A DNA stretch of 27,850 nt from Chthoniobacteraceae bacterium (lineage in GTDB: Bacteria > Verrucomicrobiota > Verrucomicrobiia > Chthoniobacterales > Chthoniobacteraceae): positions 1 to 27,850 of the forward strand of contig JANNWY010000154.1 of the NCBI GenBank assembly GCA_031409335.1, read 5' to 3'. The notes beneath the pieces are model-generated. The model was not told the origin of the DNA and did not search any database. It was given only the letters and a program-made list of their open reading frames with translations. Below, one piece after another: positions 18,146-24,982 of the stretch (its first letter is position 1; every line of letters starts with the position of its first letter). The position numbers and the translations under genes are program-made.

Positions 18146-19444
18146 ATGAAAAAATCTGTCCTCGCGATCGCAGGCTACGCTCTTTTGCCGACGCTATTCT
18201 TGGGCGGTTGTGCGACGCCGTTTGGCGGAGCGAGGACTGCATCGAAGGACCACGCTTACCTCACTTACTGGCCGCCGGCGGATGGGGCGAAGACGCGGGT
18301 GGCGGTGAAGGATCTCATCGATATGCAGGGGACCGTGACGACGGCGGGGTCGCAGTTTTTTGCGAAGACAGGGAGGCCGGCGGCGAGTGATGCGGAGTGT
18401 TTGCGCGGGGTGCGAAATGGCAATGTGCAGATCGTGGGGAAGACGAATCTGACGGAGCTGGCGGTCGGGGTTTCGGGGATCAATGATTACTTCGGCACGC
18501 CGAGAAATCCGGTGACACCGAGGGGTCGGCGGATTCCGGGCGGGTCGTCGAGCGGGTCAGCGGTGGCGGTCGCGAATGGCACGGCGGATATCGCGATCGG
18601 GACGGATACGGCCGGATCGATCCGCGTGCCGGCGGCGTGCTGCGGGATCGTGGGGTTGAAAACGACATTCGGGCTCGTGCCGATCGATGGCGTATATCCG
18701 ATTTCGCCGAAGCACCTCGACACGGTCGGGCCGATGGCGAAGGACGTGGCGCACACGGCGCAGGGCATGGATTTGCTGAAGCCGGGATTCGCCGGGCGTT
18801 ATCGCGCGGCGGTGGCGGCGAAACCGTCGGCGAGGATGATCCGGATCGGGCGGCTGCGCGTGAGCGGCACGAGCGACAAGGTGGATGGCGCGGTGGATGA
18901 CGCGCTGGCGCGGACGGGTTTCAAGGTGGTGGAACTCGGCGCGGATTTTCAAAAGAAATGGGCGCAGGCCCAGACGGACGGGAACACCGTCGCGGCGGCG
19001 AGCGCGTGGCTGACGAATCAGAAACTGCTGATCGCACCCGGCGTCACAGCGAGGACCAAGGCGATCATCACGCTCGGTCTGGTGGAATCGCAGACGCGGT
19101 ATGCGGCCGCGCTGAAGCGGCAGGCGGAGTGGCAGGCGACGTTGCGCGCGGTTTTCAAAAAGGTGGACTTCATCGCGCTGCCGACGCTCCAGACGCTGCC
19201 GCCGAAGGTTCCGCTCTTCGGCTTGTCGGCGGCGTTCGAGGCGCTGGTGCTCGGGTCGCAAAACACGGTCGCGGTCAACTACGCGGGCAACCCCGCGCTC
19301 GCGCTGCCGATTCCCGTCGGTGACGAAGACGTCCCGGTTTCCAGCCTGCAACTCGTCGGGCCGCGCCTGAGCGAGGCGGCGCTGCTGAATGCCGGCCGAC
19401 TCGTGGAAGCGCGCGGCGGCGTCGCGAATAATTCGTCGCGGTGA
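18146..19444 (+). CDS. Amidase-signature family enzyme, predicted lipoprotein
   Basis: VAVKDLID (Lys), GKTNLTE, GGSSSGSA and GTDTAGSIRVPAACCG (Ser-cisSer-Lys triad); MKKSVLAIAGYALLPTLFLGGC ends in a lipobox-like LGGC. Confidence 0.9.
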   Translation: MKKSVLAIAGYALLPTLFLGGCATPFGGARTASKDHAYLTYWPPADGAKTRVAVKDLIDMQGTVTTAGSQFFAKTGRPAASDAECLRGVRNGNVQIVGKTNLTELAVGVSGINDYFGTPRNPVTPRGRRIPGGSSSGSAVAVANGTADIAIGTDTAGSIRVPAACCGIVGLKTTFGLVPIDGVYPISPKHLDTVGPMAKDVAHTAQGMDLLKPGFAGRYRAAVAAKPSARMIRIGRLRVSGTSDKVDGAVDDALARTGFKVVELGADFQKKWAQAQTDGNTVAAASAWLTNQKLLIAPGVTARTKAIITLGLVESQTRYAAALKRQAEWQATLRAVFKKVDFIALPTLQTLPPKVPLFGLSAAFEALVLGSQNTVAVNYAGNPALALPIPVGDEDVPVSSLQLVGPRLSEAALLNAGRLVEARGGVANNSSR

Positions 19445-19535
19445 CGACCGCGGGCGCGCCGGGATGCGATCCATTGGTCGGCGACGCGATGTTGATCGCA
19501 ACTTGCGATCCTTCGTTTTGTCCCGACCATATCAA

Positions 19536-20306
19536 ATGCGCTCCCCGTTCTACCTCATCACGATCTCCGCTACAGCGGCGCTGATGCTCAGCGCCAAGCC
19601 GGCCCGCGCCACGGGCTCCGCGGATGACCTCATTAGAGAAGGCGACGCTTTTTACGCCCGGCTGCTGCCCGTGGAGGCGCTGAAGTTTTACCTCCCCGCG
19701 GAGGTGCTGGACCCGAACAACGCGGATCTGCTCGTGCGCATTTCGCGGCAATACCGCCACCTCATGAGCGACGCGCCGAAGCGCGAGGAGAAGCTCCGGC
19801 TCGGCGGCATCGCGGTGAATTATTCACGCCGCGCTGTGGCGCTCGCGCCGAACGATCCCGAGGCACAGCTCTGCGTGGCCATCAGCTATGGCAAGGTGCT
19901 GCCGCTGCAAGGCAACCGGGAGCGGATCGAAAATTCGCGCATCATCAAGGCGGCCGCGGAAAAGGTCATCAAGCTCGACCCGCGCAACGATCTCGGCTGG
20001 CACGTGCTGGGTCGCTGGCATTTGCTCATGGCCGATGTCGGTGGGGTGAAGCGCGCGCTGGCACAGGTCGTTTATGGCAATCTGCCTGTAGCCACAAACG
20101 AGGACGCGGTGCGCTGCTTCGAAAAGGCGATCGCGCTCAATCCCAACCGCCTGATGCACTACGTCGAACTCGGTCGCACCTATGCGCAGATGGGCCGCAA
20201 GGCGGATGCGCGGAAATTCATCACGAAAGGCCTGGCCATGGCGGACACCGAGAAGGACGACCGGGAGACGAAAAGCAAAGGGCGCGAAGTGCTGGCGAAG
20301 CTGTAA
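19536..20306 (+). CDS. Secreted TPR-like helical repeat protein
   Basis: Start moved to ATG 19536 giving a signal peptide ending ARA; TPR-type helices ending LDPNNAD, LAPNDPE, LDPRND and FEKAIALNP. Confidence 0.85.
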   Translation: MRSPFYLITISATAALMLSAKPARATGSADDLIREGDAFYARLLPVEALKFYLPAEVLDPNNADLLVRISRQYRHLMSDAPKREEKLRLGGIAVNYSRRAVALAPNDPEAQLCVAISYGKVLPLQGNRERIENSRIIKAAAEKVIKLDPRNDLGWHVLGRWHLLMADVGGVKRALAQVVYGNLPVATNEDAVRCFEKAIALNPNRLMHYVELGRTYAQMGRKADARKFITKGLAMADTEKDDRETKSKGREVLAKL

Positions 20307-20316
20307 ACGGCGACGG

Positions 20317-20416
20317 CCCGCGAAAGGCGCGAAAGGTCGTGAAAACGGGATTCACCAAGCCTTCGAGTTCTGTGAACTCGTCTTGATTTTTCGCGTTCTT
20401 TCGCGCCTTTCGCGGG
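20317..20416. repeat. Palindromic CGCGAAA-type intergenic repeat between convergent genes (possible bidirectional terminator)
   Basis: Arms 20317-20345 and 20388-20416 are complementary at 26/29 positions (outer 19 perfect) with a 42-nt spacer. Confidence 0.85.
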
Positions 20417-20423
20417 AACTAAA

Positions 20424-22385
20424 TCAGCTTTTCCCCGGCAGATCCGCGAGATTGCCGTCGATGAAATGGTGATGCCAGAGCTGCGTCGCCACGACAGCGG
20501 CGAGGCCCATTTCGATGGAAAGGCGCGGGAGCGAACCGGCGCGCATCTGGCGAAAGGCGCGCCGCCAGTGCTGCACTTCGGCGACGTCGAAATAGCCGGT
20601 GCGCCGCAGCGATTCCTCGCTCATCAGGTCCGCCACGTAGGCCGGCTCCGGGTCCATGTGGAAGCTGTCGAGCGGCGCGCGAAAGATCGCTTTGCGCTTT
20701 CGATAGACCGACGGCGGCAGCCAGCGTTCCGCGAGCAGGCGCAGGATGTGTTTGTCGCGAAAGCCGCGCAGTTTCCACCGCGGGTCGAGCCGCGCTGTGA
20801 AGTCGAACACGGCCTCGTCGAGAAATGGGTAGCGCACTTCGACCGAGGAGTGCATCGCCACGCGATCGCCCTTCGCCTGGAGAAGATGTCCGGCCAGCGT
20901 CACGCGCGCCGCGATCCAGATGCCGCGGTTCAGCGGGTGCCATCTCTTGGCGCGCTCGATGGGAAAACCGAGCTGCTCCCACGGGCGATTTTGCGCGAGC
21001 ACTTCGCGCATCGGCTCGGCGTAAAAGCGCAGCTTCGAGAGACCGAGGAGGCCGTAGGAATCGATCCACGCATTCGGTCCGCCGACCGCCGCCTCCACGC
21101 CCGCACGAAACTCGGCGGGATATTGCGGGACGTTGTTCAGCCGGAGAAAAGCGCGCCGCGCGCGGTCGCTGAGTTTTAGGCCGGGGATGAAGTCTAGAAA
21201 CTCCATCGCCTTCGCCGCTTTATACCACGGATAGCCGACCAGCCACTCATCGGCACCCTCGCCGGTGAGGACGACTTTTTGCCCACACGAATGAACCCGC
21301 CGCGCCAACTGCAACAGCGCCGCGCTCGACGTGTCGATGACCGGCGCCTCCGCGGCGGCGATCAGTTCGGGATACGTGTTCACCGCATCCGCCGCGGTGA
21401 ATTCCTGCACGACCGGCGGCTTCGTCCCGATGTGCTTCGCCACGAGATTCGCGCCGCTGAGTTCGTCCAGCTCCGGCGAGTCCACGCGGATCGTGTAGGT
21501 ATTGATCGCCGCGCCTTTCAGCCGGCAGGCCATCGCCGCGATCATCGCGGAATCCACGCCGCCGGAAAGATACGAGCCGACCGGCACATCCGCGCGCAGC
21601 CGCACCTCGACCGCCTGCAGCATCACCTGCTCGAATTCATCCACGAGCCGCCGCGGATCGAGTCCGCGCTCCTCGTCGCCCATGTCGGGGAAATCCATTT
21701 CCCAATACGCGCGCTCCTCGATGACCGCCTCACTCGCGCGCTCACTCGCCGGCGTGATTTCCAAATAGTGACCCGCCCGCAGAAGCTGCACGCCCTCGAA
21801 ACACGTGATCGGCCCCGGCAGCGCCGCGAACGAAAACACATGATCGATCCCGCGCCGATCCGCCCTCGCCGGCACCAGCCCCGACGCGAGCAGCGCCTTG
21901 ATTTCCGACGCGAAAAGCAGCCAGTCGCCCTGCCGCGTCCAGTAAAGCGGACAGATCCCAAAGCGATCCCGCCCGAGCATCAGCCGCCGCGCGCGTTCGT
22001 CCCACAGCGCGATCGCAAACTGCCCTCGCAACCGCTCCCACATCCCCGCGCCATGCTCCTCCCACATGTGCGGAATGATCTCCGTGTCGCAGTGTTTGAT
22101 GAGCCGATGCCCGCGCGCCTCCAGCTCATGCCGCTTTTCGAGATGATCAAAAAGCTCACCGTTAAAAATGACCGAGACGTTTCCGTCCTCGTTGAAAACC
22201 GGCTGCTGCCCATCCGCGAGCCCCACGATGCTCAGCCGCCGCGACCCCAGCGCGAGCCCCGCCCGCTGAAAGTAACCCTCCTCATCCGGCCCGCGATGCA
22301 CGATCGCGCGCGTCATCCGGCGGATGATTTCGTCCGGCGCAGTTCGTTGATCGGCGAGATGGAGGATGCCTGCGATGCCGCACAT
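20424..22385 (-). CDS. asnB: Asparagine synthase (glutamine-hydrolysing) family amidotransferase
   Basis: N-terminal MCGIAG (Ntn Cys), HRGPD, FNGE, DTE, SGGVDS PP-loop, TGEGADE, KGDRVAMHSSVEVRYPFLD. Confidence 0.95.
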   Translation of the reverse strand: MCGIAGILHLADQRTAPDEIIRRMTRAIVHRGPDEEGYFQRAGLALGSRRLSIVGLADGQQPVFNEDGNVSVIFNGELFDHLEKRHELEARGHRLIKHCDTEIIPHMWEEHGAGMWERLRGQFAIALWDERARRLMLGRDRFGICPLYWTRQGDWLLFASEIKALLASGLVPARADRRGIDHVFSFAALPGPITCFEGVQLLRAGHYLEITPASERASEAVIEERAYWEMDFPDMGDEERGLDPRRLVDEFEQVMLQAVEVRLRADVPVGSYLSGGVDSAMIAAMACRLKGAAINTYTIRVDSPELDELSGANLVAKHIGTKPPVVQEFTAADAVNTYPELIAAAEAPVIDTSSAALLQLARRVHSCGQKVVLTGEGADEWLVGYPWYKAAKAMEFLDFIPGLKLSDRARRAFLRLNNVPQYPAEFRAGVEAAVGGPNAWIDSYGLLGLSKLRFYAEPMREVLAQNRPWEQLGFPIERAKRWHPLNRGIWIAARVTLAGHLLQAKGDRVAMHSSVEVRYPFLDEAVFDFTARLDPRWKLRGFRDKHILRLLAERWLPPSVYRKRKAIFRAPLDSFHMDPEPAYVADLMSEESLRRTGYFDVAEVQHWRRAFRQMRAGSLPRLSIEMGLAAVVATQLWHHHFIDGNLADLPGKS

Positions 22386-22645
22386 GTTGCTGAGCCTCTA
22401 GTTCGCAACTCACCCCCCGGACGAGCGTTTTTTTTTTGGATTTTATCGGGCGGGGAAAATCGCGGAGTGCGAAACAGGGGTGCGCAACCAGTCGGTCGAC
22501 CGGTTCACCGCAGGAACCCGAATGTCTCCGCTTCGAGAATGGCCTTGATTCGCTCGGACGTCATCGGCGGCGCGCCCTCTGGCGCCACAAGCACACGCCG
22601 ACCGAACTCACCCATGACAAGCCGGCCCTGCATCTCGTGCCCCGA

Positions 22646-23791
22646 TCATTTTTTGCCGAGCATGTCATCGGAATGGGGCAGTTCCGGCCACTCGCTGATT
22701 CGCCCCCACCACCGCCGCAGCCAGCGTAGGTGTTCCTTCGGTTTGGGCATCCGATTCGCAACGCCGATGTTGCCCAGCGACTTGTCGGGCCAGAGATGGA
22801 GGCGGTCCGCCAAGCCGAATTCATCGACCAGTCGTTCCACGGTCCGCAGCGAATTCACGGCATAATCCTGCCACTGCTCGCGTGTCTCGAAGACGTCGGT
22901 CTTCAACGTCACACCGAGTTCTTCCGCGTGAGATTGGATGCGTTCCACGTTCTCGGCGCGAATGTTGATCGGTTCGTGGAAGATGGTCACGGGATCAACT
23001 TCGGCGACAGCGCGGAGTGTGGCCCGTAAATCGGCTTCGTCGCACTCCGGGTAGGTGGGTGCGATGGCCACATAGACGTGCAGGCCGGCTTCGCTGGCGG
23101 CGTGCAGCGCGGCGAGGCGTTGCGACGGCGCAGGGGCTTTTGGTTCGTAAATCCTAGCGAGGTCGTTGCGCAGTGTCGGCAGGCTCATGCCGAACAGCAG
23201 GCGCGGGCCGAGAGTCTTGAATAATTCGAAATCCGCCCGAGCTAGCGGGCTGCGCGTGAGGATGCGGACGTTGAGCGTGGAATGGTCGCGAATCAGCTCC
23301 AGCGAACGTCGCACAAGCCGGCGGGCGTGCTGCCCGAGCATCCGCTGCCGCTCGGGGTCGGGATGGCGGATGACCTGATAGGGATCGGTGGTGCTGCAAT
23401 ACATCACCGCGCGATTGCCGTCGGGTTTGAGCTGCGAGCGCGGCGTGTTCTCCGCCGAGCGCAACGACGCGAGGAATTTGTCCTCATCCCACGGACGGAG
23501 CAGAACGTAATAGCCCCACTCGGCATCCGGGTCTTTCACCCCATATTCGGCGAGCTTCGGCCCCTGCTTGATGGTCGCGGCGCTGGGCACGTAACAGAAT
23601 CGGCACGCATGCGAGCAACCGACCGCGACGTTGAACGCCCAATTCGACAGGCTCTTGTAAACGAAGTTGTTCGGCGCGATGACCGCGGGCGATGACCAAA
23701 TGCCGACGCGATGGTCAGGATGCACCTCGCGCCGCTGCACGCGACTTGGCGCTTTGAGGATTGCGCCGGTTGTGTCCAGTAAGGCAGTCAT
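22646..23791 (-). CDS. Radical SAM protein, spore photoproduct lyase-like clade
   Basis: NVAVGCSHACRFCYV (CxxxCxxC), STTDPYQ, ILTRSPL and YEPKAPAPSQRL; ATG 23791 overlaps the upstream TGA (ATGA). Confidence 0.88.
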   Translation of the reverse strand: MTALLDTTGAILKAPSRVQRREVHPDHRVGIWSSPAVIAPNNFVYKSLSNWAFNVAVGCSHACRFCYVPSAATIKQGPKLAEYGVKDPDAEWGYYVLLRPWDEDKFLASLRSAENTPRSQLKPDGNRAVMYCSTTDPYQVIRHPDPERQRMLGQHARRLVRRSLELIRDHSTLNVRILTRSPLARADFELFKTLGPRLLFGMSLPTLRNDLARIYEPKAPAPSQRLAALHAASEAGLHVYVAIAPTYPECDEADLRATLRAVAEVDPVTIFHEPINIRAENVERIQSHAEELGVTLKTDVFETREQWQDYAVNSLRTVERLVDEFGLADRLHLWPDKSLGNIGVANRMPKPKEHLRWLRRWWGRISEWPELPHSDDMLGKK

Positions 23792-24669
23792 TGTTTCAAA
23801 ATGTCTTGGGCAATCTTCACGGCCGTCTTTGCGCCGCGCTCGTTGCCTGCGGCAAAACATAGCAGGTAAAGCGGTGTGTTCGCCGAGTTGTGGAGTGCGA
23901 GCGGATTTTGGGCGACGCCGGGAAAGATGCTCGTGAGACGTTCGACAAAGAACCGCCCGATGGAATCGAAATCCGCGACTTTCTCAGTCTTCGCCTCGTT
24001 GCCAAAGAGGCCTTCCTCGGTCTTGGTTTCGTAGAATGCGTCCTGCCAGTCACGGGTGCCGAAGAAGTCATCCAGCCGCCTCTGCCAAGCTTCGGGGATT
24101 TTCGCGTCGCGTCGCAGGAGGCTGTTCACCCCGATGCCGAGAGGAAAGAGAATCCAAAGATCAATGGCCTTGGTCTTGGCGATAGCTTTCATCGTGTCCC
24201 AAGTGACCTGCATGCCGAAGGGATCGAGGAACAGGACCGCTCGATTCCGACTCCATTTGCGATTCTCGCAGAGATCCCGCAGGTAGGCATTCGCGTCAGC
24301 GTTGACGACAACGATGTCGCTCCCGAGTTCGGGAAACTCATCTTTCAGTTTCACGAGTTCATCGACGCGCTCCGAATCTTTTTCGATGAAGATGTATTTT
24401 GTGAACCGAGGTTCGACCTTGAGCGCGATGCGGGCCGAACCGTCAAGGAAGCTGGCAGCGTCGTCGTCAGCGAGTTCAGGGAACAGCAATGTTCCCTCCT
24501 TCTTTTTCGCACGCGGCGTGTTATACCCCGTGCCTGCAAAGGCGTCGATGTAGGCAAATCGGAAATCCTGGCTCCGCATGATCTTCGCGTAGGCCACGAG
24601 GTATTTCCTCACACGTTCCAACTTCTCCGCCGTCCAATCGCCGCCGAACTGTTGTTTCTGAGCGCTCAT
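23788..24669 (-). CDS. tcmP: Three-Cys-motif partner protein (SAM-dependent methyltransferase-like fold)
   Basis: FGGDWTAEKLERVRKYL, YIDAFAGTG, GSARIAL, FIEKD, DAN, LFLDPFGMQVTW, DLWILFP and LYLLCFA. Start set at ATG 24669. Confidence 0.9.
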   Translation of the reverse strand: MSAQKQQFGGDWTAEKLERVRKYLVAYAKIMRSQDFRFAYIDAFAGTGYNTPRAKKKEGTLLFPELADDDAASFLDGSARIALKVEPRFTKYIFIEKDSERVDELVKLKDEFPELGSDIVVVNADANAYLRDLCENRKWSRNRAVLFLDPFGMQVTWDTMKAIAKTKAIDLWILFPLGIGVNSLLRRDAKIPEAWQRRLDDFFGTRDWQDAFYETKTEEGLFGNEAKTEKVADFDSIGRFFVERLTSIFPGVAQNPLALHNSANTPLYLLCFAAGNERGAKTAVKIAQDILKQ

Positions 24670-24982
24670 GGAATCCAAATTTGCCGGTCCGTTTTCTATT
24701 TGCGAACCAGATTTTGAGAAGAAACGAAAATGCACTGAGGAAAATGTTGATCGTCAACCCGCGAGGATCCGGGACGGTGCTTTCTCTCATACTCCATCGC
24801 CTTGAGAAAATTCATGGACGCAAAACCCCACCGGCGCACGATTCCCATGGATCCCATGCTCACATATCGCGCGTCGCGCACCGATTTACTTTGCGCTTCC
24901 GTGGGCGCGAACCACGGCTTGACCTTCCCGCACGTTGACGGGCCTAATCGCCCCTCGCACGCGTCAATCCAGTTCTCTATTT

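Noticed and set aside
22428..22437. T10 homopolymer upstream of asnB as a phase-variation switch or terminator
   Set aside because: No strong preceding hairpin and no evidence of length variation; may simply be an A-tract in the promoter region.
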